A stretch of 63,903 nt of DNA, counting the filler, from Acetivibrio sp. (GTDB lineage: Bacteria > Bacillota > Clostridia > Acetivibrionales > Acetivibrionaceae): NCBI RefSeq assembly GCF_035371925.1. It is 4 parts of 4 records of this genome, joined end to end, with 100 filler letters (N's around TTAATTAATTAA, not from the genome) between each part and the next. Parts side by side here need not be neighbours in the genome. Positions count along the whole stretch, not along the records: positions 20,078 to 40,018 come from NZ_DAORXT010000055.1; 3 more parts are not named here. One strand, 5' to 3'. Within the stretch, counting starts at the first letter, position 1. Every line of letters begins with the position of its first letter. Under the pieces are notes generated by a model that was not told where the DNA came from, did no database searches, and saw only the letters and a program-made list of their open reading frames with translations. The position numbers and the translations under genes were made by a program. Positions 21,093 to 31,457 of the stretch are shown in pieces.

Positions 21093-21356
21093 ATGCAAAA
21101 GGAAACTAAACAAGAGATAATCAACAATTTCAGGTTACATGAGTCAGATACCGGTTCACCGGAAGTGCAGATTGCTCTTCTTACAGAGAGAATCAATCAT
21201 CTTAATGAGCATTTGAAGATTCACAAAAAAGACCATCATTCAAGAAGAGGACTTCTCAAAATGGTTGGGCAAAGAAGAGGTTTGTTGAACTATCTCATGA
21301 AGATTGACATCGAAAGATATCGTGCGATTGTCGAAAAGTTAAATCTTAGAAAATAA
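21093..21356 (+). CDS. rpsO: 30S ribosomal protein S15
   Basis: Motifs [13 protein letters not shown] and [17 protein letters not shown]. Confidence 0.98.
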   Translation: MQKETKQEIINNFRLHESDTGSPEVQIALLTERINHLNEHLKIHKKDHHSRRGLLKMVGQRRGLLNYLMKIDIERYRAIVEKLNLRK

Positions 21357-21357
21357 T

Positions 21358-21384
21358 AAAAAAGGCGGAGTAATCCGCTTTTTT
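21358..21384 (+). terminator. Intrinsic terminator after rpsO
   Basis: AAAAAAGGCGGA-GTAA-TCCGCTTTTTT. Confidence 0.8.
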
Positions 21385-21469
21385 GTATTATTTGTGCACA
21401 AATATAATAAATACAATGCATAAAAATCAGGAATAATAAAAAGTAAACTGAAAAATAAAATGATTAATA

Positions 21470-21554
21470 AACTGCAGACGGTAGAAGGTAGATTGTGCTG
21501 CAAAAGCAGAAAATGAGCTTTTGCTGTAGAATCTACATCCTACAGTCTGTGGTT
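21470..21554 (+). promoter_or_regulatory. Long imperfect hairpin in the pnp 5' region (candidate RNase III site)
   Basis: Nested pairings AACTGCAGAC/GTCTGTGGTT, GTAGATT/AATCTAC and GCAAAAGC/GCTTTTGC. Confidence 0.6.
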
Positions 21555-21579
21555 TAACTAATAAGAGGAGGATTGTATA

Positions 21580-23682
21580 ATGCATAGGACTTTCAGCATG
21601 GAGCTAGCAGGAAGAAAACTTATTATCGAAACCGGTAAGCTTGCTCAACTGGCAAATGGTTCAGTATTGGTTAGATATGGTGATACTGTTGTATTGTCAA
21701 CAGCTACTGCTTCAGCAGCACCAAGAGAAGGAATTGACTTCTTTCCTTTGAGTGTGGATTATGAAGAAAGATTGTATGCTGTAGGGAAAATTCCCGGAGG
21801 TTTTATAAAAAGAGAAGGTAAGCCGTCAGAAAAGGCGATACTTACATCCAGAGTTATTGACAGGCCATTAAGACCTTTATTTCCCAAGGATTTGAGGAAT
21901 GACGTGGCGATTGTAAATACGGTGTTGTCCGTTGACCAGGACAACTCTCCTGAAATTGCCGCTTTACTGGGATCTTCCATAGCTTTGTCAATTTCAGACA
22001 TACCGTTTAACGGTCCTGTAGGAGGAGTTATACTGGGGCTTATTGACGGTGAGGTAATTATAAATCCCACTGAAAAACAGAGAGAAGTAAGCCAGATGTA
22101 TATTACTTTGGCAGGTACAAGGGATAAAATTGTCATGATAGAAGCAGGAGCAAATGAGGTTCCTGATGAAGTTATTTTGGATGCTATCAAAAAAGGCCAT
22201 GATGAGATAAAGAAAATTGTTGAATTTATAGACGGAATTGTAAAGGAAATTGGAAAACCTAAATTTGAATATGAGTCTGCGGAAGTTCCAGAGGAAATAT
22301 TCAATGCTGTCAAGGAATATGCCTATAGCAAAATGAGGGAAGCTGTACTTGCTGTGGACAAGCAGGTACGAGACAAAAATATCGAGGAGCTCACAAAAGA
22401 AATAACAGAGCATTTTGCAGAAACATTCCCTGAAATGGAAGCGGCCATCAAAGAAGCAATATATAAGCTTGAAAAGAAAGTTGTAAGGGAATATATTTTA
22501 GAAGAGGGCAGAAGAGTTGACGGCAGAAGACTTGACGAAATAAGACCTCTTTCGGCTGAAGTCGGGTTGCTCCCGAGAGTTCATGGTTCAGGTCTTTTTA
22601 CGAGAGGACAGACTCAGGTGCTTTCAAGTGTTACCTTGGGTGCCATGGGTGATGTTCAGATACTGGATGGTATTGACCCTGAAGAAACAAAAAGATATAT
22701 GCATCACTACAACTTCCCCGGATACAGCGTTGGTGAAGCAAAGAGTTCAAGAGGTCCGGGAAGAAGGGAAATCGGGCACGGAGCTCTTGCAGAAAGGGCA
22801 TTGGAGCCTGTGATTCCAAGTGAAGAAGAGTTCCCTTACACAATAAGGGTTGTATCCGAAGTGCTTATGTCCAACGGTTCCACATCTCAAGGAAGTGTTT
22901 GTGGAAGTACTCTGGCGCTTATGGACGCAGGTGTGCCTATTAAAAAGCCTGTTGCAGGAATTTCTGCCGGTTTGGTTGTTGACGAAAATAATCCGGACAG
23001 GTTTGTGACTTTTATGGATATTCAGGGTATAGAGGATTTCTTTGGAGATATGGACTTTAAGGTTGCAGGAACAAAGGATGGAATAACTGCAATTCAGGTT
23101 GATATAAAGGTGGACGGGCTTACAGAGGAAATTATCAAGCAGGCATTTGAGCTTACAAGAAAAGGACGTTTGCACATTATTGACAATGTGTTGTTAAAGG
23201 CTATCTCGGAGCCAAGGAAAGAACTGTCCAAGTATGCACCAAAGATTATTTCAACCACAATAAATCCTGATAAAATCAGAGAAGTAATAGGTCCTGGCGG
23301 TAAAATGATAAACAAGATAATTGACGAAACCGGAGTAAAAATAGACATTAATGACGACGGTAGGGTTTATATATTCAGTTCCGATTCCGAAGCCGGTAAA
23401 AGGGCTCTTAGCATGATAGAGGGAATAGCTAAGGAGATTGAACCGGGTCAGGTATTTATGGGAAGGGTTATCAGAGTTACATCCTTTGGTGCTTTTGTGG
23501 AGTTCCTTCCCGGAAAAGAAGGCCTTGTTCATATCAGCAAGCTGGATAAGAAAAGAGTTGAAAAGGTTGAGGATATAGTAAAAGTTGGAGACCAGATACT
23601 TGTCAAGGTTGTGGAAATTGACAAGCAAGGGCGTATAAATCTTTCAAGGAAGGATGCAATGGATAGCGAAGGGGACAAGTAA
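21580..23682 (+). CDS. pnp: Polyribonucleotide nucleotidyltransferase
   Basis: Two RNase PH domains ([27 protein letters not shown]) plus KH and S1 domains. Confidence 0.98.
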   Translation: MHRTFSMELAGRKLIIETGKLAQLANGSVLVRYGDTVVLSTATASAAPREGIDFFPLSVDYEERLYAVGKIPGGFIKREGKPSEKAILTSRVIDRPLRPLFPKDLRNDVAIVNTVLSVDQDNSPEIAALLGSSIALSISDIPFNGPVGGVILGLIDGEVIINPTEKQREVSQMYITLAGTRDKIVMIEAGANEVPDEVILDAIKKGHDEIKKIVEFIDGIVKEIGKPKFEYESAEVPEEIFNAVKEYAYSKMREAVLAVDKQVRDKNIEELTKEITEHFAETFPEMEAAIKEAIYKLEKKVVREYILEEGRRVDGRRLDEIRPLSAEVGLLPRVHGSGLFTRGQTQVLSSVTLGAMGDVQILDGIDPEETKRYMHHYNFPGYSVGEAKSSRGPGRREIGHGALAERALEPVIPSEEEFPYTIRVVSEVLMSNGSTSQGSVCGSTLALMDAGVPIKKPVAGISAGLVVDENNPDRFVTFMDIQGIEDFFGDMDFKVAGTKDGITAIQVDIKVDGLTEEIIKQAFELTRKGRLHIIDNVLLKAISEPRKELSKYAPKIISTTINPDKIREVIGPGGKMINKIIDETGVKIDINDDGRVYIFSSDSEAGKRALSMIEGIAKEIEPGQVFMGRVIRVTSFGAFVEFLPGKEGLVHISKLDKKRVEKVEDIVKVGDQILVKVVEIDKQGRINLSRKDAMDSEGDK

Positions 23683-23796
23683 TATAGCTTACCCTTTACG
23701 GAGATTTTCAGGGATATATTTTATTTATAAGAGTAAGGCGTGAATTTCATTTTATTTGCGCCTTACTTAATTTCATATAGCAGACATGGAGGTTGT

Positions 23797-25056
23797 ATGT
23801 ATAAACGTATAAAGTTGGAAAATGGAGTTAGGATAGTTTGTGAGAACATCCCTTATCTTAGATCTGTTTCTATCGGTATCTGGGTCGGAACCGGTTCAAG
23901 GAATGAAAGTTTATCCAACAACGGAATATCTCACTTCATTGAACATATGCTTTTTAAAGGGACTGATAACAGGAGTGCCCGAGAAATTGCCGACAGCATT
24001 GACAGTATTGGAGGTCAACTTAACGCGTTTACAGGAAAGGAATGTACATGCTATTATACAAAGACTCTTGATTCCCATGCCGATATAGCCTTGGACGTTC
24101 TTTCGGATATGTTTTTTAATTCGAGGTTTGACGAAAAGGATATAGACATTGAAAAGAAAGTCATTATGGAAGAGATTGGGATGTATGAGGATTCCCCGGA
24201 GGAGCTGGTGCATGATATCCTGTCCGAAACCGTATGGGAGGACAATTCCCTTGGCTTTCCCATTTTAGGAACGCGGGAAACCCTTTTTGGCATTAACAAG
24301 GATAAAATAAAAGCCTATATGAAGGACAGATATTTTCCACAGAATACAGTTATAGCTGTGGCCGGGAATTTTAAAGAGGATAAAATAATTGATACTATAA
24401 AGCAGAAATTCGGCGGATGGAATGACAGCGGCAAAAATGGCAAAGACATTAAAAATGCAGAGTTTAAGGTGAATTCTAAAATCAAGGTGAAGGATACGGA
24501 GCAAATACACATATGTTTGGGATTTGAAGGAATTCCGCACGGAAGTGATGAGTTGTATCCGCTGCTTGCCGTAAACAATGTGCTGGGCGGCGGAATGAGT
24601 TCGAGGATGTTCCAGAAAATCAGGGAAGAGAAGGGTTTGGTGTATTCCATATATTCATATCCGTCATCCTATAGAAATGCCGGTCTGTTTACGATATATG
24701 CCGGAATGAATGCGGAGCATTTGGAAAGGGTTGTGGACCTTATAGTAAAAGAAATAAAAATTCTTTTAAAAGAAGGTCTTTCAAAGGATGAACTTGAAAA
24801 ATCGAAAGAACAGCTTAAGGGAAATTATATACTTGGACTTGAGAGTACCAGCAGCAGGATGAACAGCATAGGAAAGTCAGAGGTGCTCATGGATAATATC
24901 TATACTCCGGATGAAATACTAAAGAAGATTGATGCGGTAAATCTGGAAAGTGTCGAACAAATTATAAAGCGAATTTTTCGCTTGGATAGAATGAGTTTTT
25001 CCATAGTGGGCAACATAAAAAAGGAAACAGACATTAGAAGAATAATAAATCCTTAA
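23797..25056 (+). CDS. M16 family zinc peptidase (YmxG/MlpA-like)
   Basis: Inverted zinc motif HFIEH, NAFT and GGGMSSRMFQKIRE. Confidence 0.9.
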   Translation: MYKRIKLENGVRIVCENIPYLRSVSIGIWVGTGSRNESLSNNGISHFIEHMLFKGTDNRSAREIADSIDSIGGQLNAFTGKECTCYYTKTLDSHADIALDVLSDMFFNSRFDEKDIDIEKKVIMEEIGMYEDSPEELVHDILSETVWEDNSLGFPILGTRETLFGINKDKIKAYMKDRYFPQNTVIAVAGNFKEDKIIDTIKQKFGGWNDSGKNGKDIKNAEFKVNSKIKVKDTEQIHICLGFEGIPHGSDELYPLLAVNNVLGGGMSSRMFQKIREEKGLVYSIYSYPSSYRNAGLFTIYAGMNAEHLERVVDLIVKEIKILLKEGLSKDELEKSKEQLKGNYILGLESTSSRMNSIGKSEVLMDNIYTPDEILKKIDAVNLESVEQIIKRIFRLDRMSFSIVGNIKKETDIRRIINP

Positions 25057-25138
25057 GTACCAAAAGGCCTTGATACCAAAATTAATTGGTTTCGAGGCTT
25101 TTTTGCTTGAAGCTCAAAGCTAAATTGCAATTATACAA

Positions 25139-25168
25139 GCACTTATAATCTCAAATGTACATAAGATA
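25139..25168 (+). promoter_or_regulatory. Possible sigma-K promoter of spoVFAB
   Basis: GCAC-17 nt-CATAAGATA. The Bacillus spoVF operon is sigma-K dependent. Confidence 0.4.
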
Positions 25169-25263
25169 TACTAAGTCACCATAAGTCGGTCTATAATACA
25201 AGAATATTATTTAAACTTTTCTAACGGGACTTGAATTTCTTGCAATCAGGAGGAGGTAATATA

Positions 25264-26136
25264 GTGAAGAATAAGAAGTTTACAATCATTGGTGGTGATC
25301 TTAGAAGTGTTAAGTTAGCTGAGTTGATTGCCTCGGAAGGAAATAAGGTTAACATATATGGGTTTAAAAATGCAAACTTTGAAATAGGAATTGAAGAAAG
25401 TGAAGAGCTTGACCTAGCTATTGGGGAAGCGGATGTAATAGTAGGTCCGACCCCATGTTCAACAGATAATGAAACTATTAATACACCTTTTCATCCTCAA
25501 AGAATTTTCATAAAAGACGTATTTAAAAAGATGAAAAAAAGCCAGTTGTTTATCGCGGGAAGAATCACTGAAAAGATTGCTCAACTTGCAGATGTCTACA
25601 ACGTATATTCAATAGATTTGCTCGAAAGAGAAGAAATGGCGGTTTTAAATGCCATTCCCACTGCAGAAGGGGCAATTCAAATTGCTATGGAAGAAATGCC
25701 TATAACTCTTCATGGAAGCAATGCACTGATTTTGGGATTCGGAAGAATCGGAAAGACACTTGCGAAAATGCTTAACGGTATCGGAAGCAATGTATATGTT
25801 GAGGCGAGAAAGTATTCAGACCTGGCTTGGATTGAAAGTTACGGATACAAACCGGTTTTCATAAGTGAACTGGACGACTACATACAAAGAGCAAATGTTA
25901 TTTTTAATACCATCCCCAGCATTGTACTAGATGAAAGTTTGCTCAAAAAAGTGAACAAAGATTGTATTTTGATAGACCTTGCTTCCAAGCCTGGTGGAAT
26001 TGATTTCGAAAAAGCAAAAGAGATGGGCTTAAAAACAATATGGGCTCTTTCTCTTCCGGGAAAAGTAGCGCCAGTGACAGCAGCCAGATTTATTAGAGAC
26101 ACTATCAGCAATATTATTGATGAGTTGGGGGTATAG
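25264..26136 (+). CDS. spoVFA: Dipicolinate synthase subunit A
   Basis: Motifs IIGGDLR, NAIPTAEGAI, GFGRIG, IDLASKPGG and LPGKVAP. Confidence 0.93.
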   Translation: MKNKKFTIIGGDLRSVKLAELIASEGNKVNIYGFKNANFEIGIEESEELDLAIGEADVIVGPTPCSTDNETINTPFHPQRIFIKDVFKKMKKSQLFIAGRITEKIAQLADVYNVYSIDLLEREEMAVLNAIPTAEGAIQIAMEEMPITLHGSNALILGFGRIGKTLAKMLNGIGSNVYVEARKYSDLAWIESYGYKPVFISELDDYIQRANVIFNTIPSIVLDESLLKKVNKDCILIDLASKPGGIDFEKAKEMGLKTIWALSLPGKVAPVTAARFIRDTISNIIDELGV

Positions 26137-26139
26137 AAG

Positions 26140-26724
26140 ATGTTACTGGAGGGGATTAAAGTCGGATTTGGACTTACCGGTTCCTTTTGCACCATAGACA
26201 AAGTGATGCCCGAGATTGAAAAGCTTGTAAGCAACGGTGCAAAGGTTTTTCCGATAATGTCGGGTTCGGTAAGCAAATTTGATACAAGGTTTGGAAGAGC
26301 GGAGGATTTAAGGCTTAAACTTGAAGGAATTACAGGAAATAGAGTTATAGATAGCATTGTTGAAGCAGAACCAATAGGTCCAAAATCTTTTCTTGATATA
26401 GTAGTCGTAGCGCCATGTACCGGCAATACTTTGGCAAAAATAGCAAACGGAATAACCGACACAACAGTTACTATGGCATGCAAGGCTCATCTTAGAAATC
26501 AAAAACCGGTGGTTATTGCTATTTCCACAAATGACGGACTGGGGGCAAATGCAAAAAACATTGGAATGCTTCTAAATATGAAAAATATATATCTAGTACC
26601 CTTTGGTCAGGATGGACCGGGTACCAAGCCGAATTCCTTAGTTGCAGACACTACCCAGATAATGCCGACAATCCTTGAGGCTTTGAATCATAAACAGATT
26701 CAGCCGGTGCTCATTAAATATTGA
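26140..26724 (+). CDS. spoVFB: Dipicolinate synthase subunit B
   Basis: Motifs GLTGSFCT, AEPIGP, APCTGNTLAK, ISTNDGLG and PFGQD. Confidence 0.94.
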   Translation: MLLEGIKVGFGLTGSFCTIDKVMPEIEKLVSNGAKVFPIMSGSVSKFDTRFGRAEDLRLKLEGITGNRVIDSIVEAEPIGPKSFLDIVVVAPCTGNTLAKIANGITDTTVTMACKAHLRNQKPVVIAISTNDGLGANAKNIGMLLNMKNIYLVPFGQDGPGTKPNSLVADTTQIMPTILEALNHKQIQPVLIKY

Positions 26725-26750
26725 TTAATCAAGAAATTTAAATTGGCAGT

Positions 26751-26787
26751 AAAAAGTAGGAGCTAAAGTTTAAGCTTCTACTTTTTT
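26751..26787 (+). terminator. Intrinsic terminator after spoVFB
   Basis: AAAAAGTAGGAGCT...AGCTTCTACTTTTT. Confidence 0.75.
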
Positions 26788-26853
26788 ATTTGGCCTCTTG
26801 GAATGAAATGAAAGAGGCAAAAGCGAAGGGACTCGATGTCCCGAGCTTTTATT
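26786..26853. repeat. 68-bp dispersed structured repeat, copy 1 (MITE/REP-like)
   Basis: 66/68 identical to 62591-62658. Begins and ends with TTATT and contains two internal hairpins. Confidence 0.85.
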
Positions 26854-26952
26854 TTTTGTCGGAATGAAGAGAAGGTACTTAGTCCTAAGCTTTTTTGTGA
26901 AAAGTGTATAAAACGGGCTTTTAAAGTGACATCAAAATATATAAAAAGTATA

Positions 26953-26981
26953 TTGACTTTGATAATATAAAACGATACAAT
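26953..26981 (+). promoter_or_regulatory. Sigma-A promoter of the rex-adhE operon
   Basis: TTGACT-17 nt-TACAAT. Confidence 0.75.
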
Positions 26982-26985
26982 TATA

Positions 26986-27003
26986 TTGATAAGAAAATAT
27001 CGA
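26986..27003. promoter_or_regulatory. Possible Rex operator
   Basis: TTGATAA-GAAA-ATATCGA is an imperfect 7-4-7 palindrome resembling clostridial TTGTTAA-N4-TTAACAA, at the expected +1. Confidence 0.35.
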
Positions 27004-27120
27004 TAAAAAATTACGGATATACTTCGTCGTTGTTGTACCCGCATTAAAAAAGGAGTGGATTGTCCAAAATAGGTAAGTAAGTTTTATTAAATTAATACAA
27101 AGAAAGGAACCAATATAATT

Positions 27121-27792
27121 ATGAATCCAAAAGCTATCTCCAAACAGACTCTTTTAAGATTACCTTCATATTTGAGTTATTTAAAGTCGCTGCCAAAGGA
27201 TGAGTGTGAGTATGTATCTGCCACAACCATCGCGGTGGCGCTGGGCCTAAATGATGTGCAAGTTCGAAAAGATTTGGCCTGTGTAAGCAAGAAAGGTCGT
27301 CCCAAGCTTGGATATGTTGCTGAAGAGTTGATAAGGGATATAGAGAGTTTTCTTGGATATGATGCTTTAAATGATGCAATAATTGTAGGCTCAGGAAGGC
27401 TTGGAGGAGCTCTTTTGTCCTATGATGGATTTAAAGAATATGGATTAAACATTGTTGCGGCCTTTGATGTTGATGAAAGTATAGTCGGTACTGAAATATG
27501 CGGAAAAAAGATTTTTCCGTTGAATAAAATGAAGGAATTGTGCCAGAGAATGAAAATTCGTATCGGCATAATAACTGTTCCTGCACATTCAGCCCAAAAA
27601 GTATGCGATATGTTAGTAGAAAGCGGGATAAATGCAATATGGAATTTTGCGCCTGTCCACCTAAAAGTACCGGATAACATTTTAGTTCAACAGGAAAATA
27701 TGGCTGCCTCACTGGCTGTACTTTCCGCCCATTTGGCAGAGGCAATAAAAAAGAATGAAATCGGAAAAGGAGATGAGGAAAATGACAAATAA
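27121..27792 (+). CDS. rex: Redox-sensing transcriptional repressor Rex
   Basis: RLPSY...QVRKDL winged helix, Rossmann VGSGRLG, WNFAP. Confidence 0.93.
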   Translation: MNPKAISKQTLLRLPSYLSYLKSLPKDECEYVSATTIAVALGLNDVQVRKDLACVSKKGRPKLGYVAEELIRDIESFLGYDALNDAIIVGSGRLGGALLSYDGFKEYGLNIVAAFDVDESIVGTEICGKKIFPLNKMKELCQRMKIRIGIITVPAHSAQKVCDMLVESGINAIWNFAPVHLKVPDNILVQQENMAASLAVLSAHLAEAIKKNEIGKGDEENDK

Positions 27793-30394
27793 ATACGAAA
27801 TCGTAGACAATGTCGAAAAGCTTGAAAAGGCTTTAAAACGTTTAAGAGAAGCACAGAGCATTTATGCAACCTATACACAGGAGCAGGTTGACAAGATTTT
27901 CTTTGCTGCTGCAATGGCTGCAAACAAAATGAGAATTCCTCTTGCGAAAATGGCTGTTGAGGAAACCGGTATGGGAGTGGTTGAGGATAAGGTTGTCAAA
28001 AACCACTATGCTTCTGAATACATTTATAACGCATATAAAAACGCAAAAACCTGCGGTGTTATTGAAGAGGATCCCGCTTTTGGAATTAAGAAAATAGCAG
28101 AGCCGCTGGGAGTTGTTGCAGCGGTTATACCTACTACGAATCCTACTTCAACAGCTATTTTTAAGACTCTTATTGCATTAAAGACGAGAAATGCCATTAT
28201 CATAAGCCCGCATCCCAGAGCAAAGAATTCAACAATAGAAGCGGCAAAAATCGTTTTGGAGGCAGCAGTTAAAGCCGGTGCTCCGGAAGGTATTATTGGA
28301 TGGATTGATGTGCCGAGCCTGGAGCTTACCAACATGGTAATGAGAGAAGCAGATGTAATTCTTGCAACAGGTGGTCCTGGATTGGTTAAAGCAGCTTACT
28401 CTTCGGGTAAGCCGGCTATAGGTGTTGGAGCAGGTAACACTCCTGCAATTATTGATGATTCGGCTGATATTCTTTTAGCTGTGAACTCAATAATACATTC
28501 AAAAACTTTCGACAACGGTATGATTTGTGCTTCAGAACAGTCGGTTATTGTTTTGGATGGAGTGTATAAAGAGGTCAAAAAGGAATTTGCAAAAAGAGGC
28601 TGCTATTTCTTAAACGAAGAAGAAACTGAAAAGGTAAGAAAAACAATTATCATAAACGGTGCATTAAATGCCAAAATAGTAGGTCAGACGGCACACACAA
28701 TTGCAAAGCTTGCAGGCTTTGATGTGCCTGAGACTACAAAGATACTGATTGGTGAAGTTAGCAGCGTGGATATTTCCGAAGAATTTGCCCATGAAAAATT
28801 GTCTCCGGTGCTTGCGATGTATAGAGCAAAGGATTTCGACGATGCCCTCGGAAAAGCAGAAAGGCTGATTGCCGATGGTGGATTTGGCCATACATCATCA
28901 CTGTATATAGATACGGTAACACAGAAGGAAAAACTTCAAAAATTCTCAGAGAGAATGAAAACTTGCCGTATATTGATTAATACTCCGTCATCCCAGGGAG
29001 GTATCGGTGACCTTTACAACTTCAAGCTTGCTCCGTCTCTCACCCTTGGCTGTGGTTCTTGGGGAGGAAATTCAGTTTCCGACAATGTAGGAGTTAAGCA
29101 TTTGCTAAACATTAAAACAGTTGCCGAGAGGAGAGAGAACATGCTCTGGTTCAGAACACCGGAAAAGATTTATATAAAAAGAGGTTGTCTGCCTGTTGCA
29201 TTGGATGAGCTTAAAAATGTGATGGGTAAAAAGAAAGTATTTATTGTAACGGATACCTTCTTGTATAATAACGGCTACACTAAGCCGATTACTGATAAGC
29301 TGGACGAAATGGGAATTGTGCACAAGACCTTCTTTGATGTGGCTCCCGACCCATCCCTTGCATCTGCCAAAGCCGGGGCGGCAGAAATGCTGGCTTTCCA
29401 GCCTGACACCATAATTGCAGTAGGCGGCGGTTCTGCCATGGATGCTGCTAAAATCATGTGGGTAATGTATGAACATCCGGAAGTTGACTTTATGGATATG
29501 GCAATGAGATTTATGGATATTAGAAAGAGAGTCTACACCTTCCCGAAGATGGGGCAGAAAGCATACTTTATCGCAATTCCGACTTCGGCAGGTACGGGTT
29601 CTGAAGTAACACCTTTTGCGGTTATCACCGATGAGAAGACAGGAGTTAAATATCCTCTGGCAGATTACGAATTATTGCCCGATATGGCAATTGTAGATGC
29701 TGATATGATGATGAATGCGCCAAAGGGACTGACCGCAGCTTCGGGTATTGACGCATTGACCCATGCTTTAGAAGCCTATGTTTCAATGCTTGCAACTGAC
29801 TACACAGACAGCCTTGCTCTTCGTGCAATAAAGATGATATTTGAATATCTTCCACGAGCTTATGAAAACGGTGCAAATGACCCGGTTGCAAGGGAAAAAA
29901 TGGCCAATGCTGCAACAATAGCCGGAATGGCTTTTGCCAATGCTTTCTTAGGTGTATGCCACTCAATGGCACACAAGCTTGGTGCTTTTTACCACTTGCC
30001 CCATGGCGTTGCCAATGCGCTCATGATAAATGAACTAATCAAATTTAATGCGTCAGAGGCTCCGACAAAAATGGGTACTTTCCCACAGTATGACCATCCG
30101 CGTACTTTGGCAAGGTATGTTGAAATTGCAGATTATCTGGGCATCAAAGGCAAGACTAATGAAGAAAAAGTTGAAAACTTAATTAAAGCTATTGATGAGC
30201 TTAAAGAAAAGGTTGGCATCAAAAAGTCCATTAAAGATTATGACATAGATGAAAAAGAATTCTTGGACAGACTGGACGAAATGGTGGAGCAGGCTTTTGA
30301 CGACCAGTGCACAGGTGCAAATCCAAGATACCCGCTTATGAGCGAAATTAAGCAAATGTATTTAAACGCTTATTATGGAGGTGCGAAGAAATGA
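27782..30394 (+). CDS. adhE: Bifunctional acetaldehyde-CoA/alcohol dehydrogenase
   Basis: ALDH motifs (PTTNPTST, ICASEQ), linker LTLGCGSWG, and Fe-ADH motifs (GGGSAMD, TSAGTGSE, GIDALTHA, HSMAH). FFDV Asp retained. Confidence 0.97.
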   Translation: MTNKYEIVDNVEKLEKALKRLREAQSIYATYTQEQVDKIFFAAAMAANKMRIPLAKMAVEETGMGVVEDKVVKNHYASEYIYNAYKNAKTCGVIEEDPAFGIKKIAEPLGVVAAVIPTTNPTSTAIFKTLIALKTRNAIIISPHPRAKNSTIEAAKIVLEAAVKAGAPEGIIGWIDVPSLELTNMVMREADVILATGGPGLVKAAYSSGKPAIGVGAGNTPAIIDDSADILLAVNSIIHSKTFDNGMICASEQSVIVLDGVYKEVKKEFAKRGCYFLNEEETEKVRKTIIINGALNAKIVGQTAHTIAKLAGFDVPETTKILIGEVSSVDISEEFAHEKLSPVLAMYRAKDFDDALGKAERLIADGGFGHTSSLYIDTVTQKEKLQKFSERMKTCRILINTPSSQGGIGDLYNFKLAPSLTLGCGSWGGNSVSDNVGVKHLLNIKTVAERRENMLWFRTPEKIYIKRGCLPVALDELKNVMGKKKVFIVTDTFLYNNGYTKPITDKLDEMGIVHKTFFDVAPDPSLASAKAGAAEMLAFQPDTIIAVGGGSAMDAAKIMWVMYEHPEVDFMDMAMRFMDIRKRVYTFPKMGQKAYFIAIPTSAGTGSEVTPFAVITDEKTGVKYPLADYELLPDMAIVDADMMMNAPKGLTAASGIDALTHALEAYVSMLATDYTDSLALRAIKMIFEYLPRAYENGANDPVAREKMANAATIAGMAFANAFLGVCHSMAHKLGAFYHLPHGVANALMINELIKFNASEAPTKMGTFPQYDHPRTLARYVEIADYLGIKGKTNEEKVENLIKAIDELKEKVGIKKSIKDYDIDEKEFLDRLDEMVEQAFDDQCTGANPRYPLMSEIKQMYLNAYYGGAKK

Positions 30395-31140
30395 AGCTTG
30401 ACAAGGTTATAGCAGTAAGAACGGACAAAACCGTTTACAGGGACGGAGACAAGGCAATAAAGGTCTTTTCCGGCAACTATTCAAAGGCAAATGTCTTGAA
30501 TGAGGCTTTAAACCAGGCCAGGGTGGAAGAAACCGGACTTAACATTCCAAAGCTTCTTGAGGTAACAAAAATTGACGACAAATGGGCGATTGTTACGGAA
30601 TTTATTGAAGGAAAGACCCTCGAGCAGCTTATGAAGGAAAATCCCCACAAGTATGATGAATATCTGAACCTGTTTGTTGATATTCAGCTCGAGGTGTTAA
30701 GTAAAAGAGCTCCATTATTAAACAAGCTGAAAGACAAAATGCACAGAAAAATCTCCGAAACCGGGCTTGATGCTACAACTCGTTATGAGCTTCATACCAG
30801 ACTTGGAAGCATGCCTGACCATAACAAAGTGTGCCATGGGGATTTCAATCCTAGCAATATAATCATGACCAAAGACGGCACGCCCTATATACTTGACTGG
30901 TCACATGCCACTCAGGGAAATGCCAGTGCCGATGCTGCAAGAACATATCTTTTGTTCTGGCTTGCCGGCGATATTGACAAGGGAGAAAAGTACTTGAATT
31001 TATTCTGTAGAAAAAGTGACACTGCGAAACAGTATGTTCAAAAGTGGATTTCAATTGTAGCGGCATCACAGCTTGTAAAAGGCAGAGAAGCTGAAAGGGA
31101 ATTGCTAATGCGCTGGATTGATGTTGTAGACTACGAATAG
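30391..31140 (+). CDS. APH/choline kinase-like phosphotransferase
   Basis: Motifs KAIKVF, CHGDFNPSNII and ILDWS. Overlaps the adhE stop by 4 bp. Confidence 0.8.
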   Translation: MKLDKVIAVRTDKTVYRDGDKAIKVFSGNYSKANVLNEALNQARVEETGLNIPKLLEVTKIDDKWAIVTEFIEGKTLEQLMKENPHKYDEYLNLFVDIQLEVLSKRAPLLNKLKDKMHRKISETGLDATTRYELHTRLGSMPDHNKVCHGDFNPSNIIMTKDGTPYILDWSHATQGNASADAARTYLLFWLAGDIDKGEKYLNLFCRKSDTAKQYVQKWISIVAASQLVKGREAERELLMRWIDVVDYE

Positions 31141-31152
31141 GAGGTATTTCGA

Positions 31153-31398
31153 ATGAAAGTATCTATTTGCATAGGGAGCTCTTGCCACCTAAAAGGAGCA
31201 AAGCAGATAGTGGAACAGCTGCAAAGCTTGGTTGCTGACAACAATTTGCAGGATCAAATTGAGCTTGTAGGGTCATTTTGTATGAAAAACTGTGTTAACG
31301 GTGTCAGTGTGACAATTGACGATAAACTGTTTTCAGTTACACCTGAAAACTTAAAAAGCTTTTTTGAAACAGAAATTCTTAAAGGATTTAAAGAATAA
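31153..31398 (+). CDS. Thioredoxin-like [2Fe-2S] ferredoxin (HfsA-like)
   Basis: Motifs ICIGSSCHLKG and SFCMKNC. Confidence 0.8.
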   Translation: MKVSICIGSSCHLKGAKQIVEQLQSLVADNNLQDQIELVGSFCMKNCVNGVSVTIDDKLFSVTPENLKSFFETEILKGFKE

Positions 31399-31457
31399 AA
31401 TAGTTGAATATCAAAAAAAGTAATCAGTGCTGCTGGTTAATAAGGAGCGCGAGTTTG

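Noticed and set aside
21759..23628. Long antisense ORFs within pnp (and similar ones within cysS, feoB and hydB)
   Set aside because: Antisense shadows of conserved genes without independent signals.
26778..27044. 88-aa minus-strand ORF
   Set aside because: It overlaps the rex promoter and the 68-bp repeat, and has no protein-like features.
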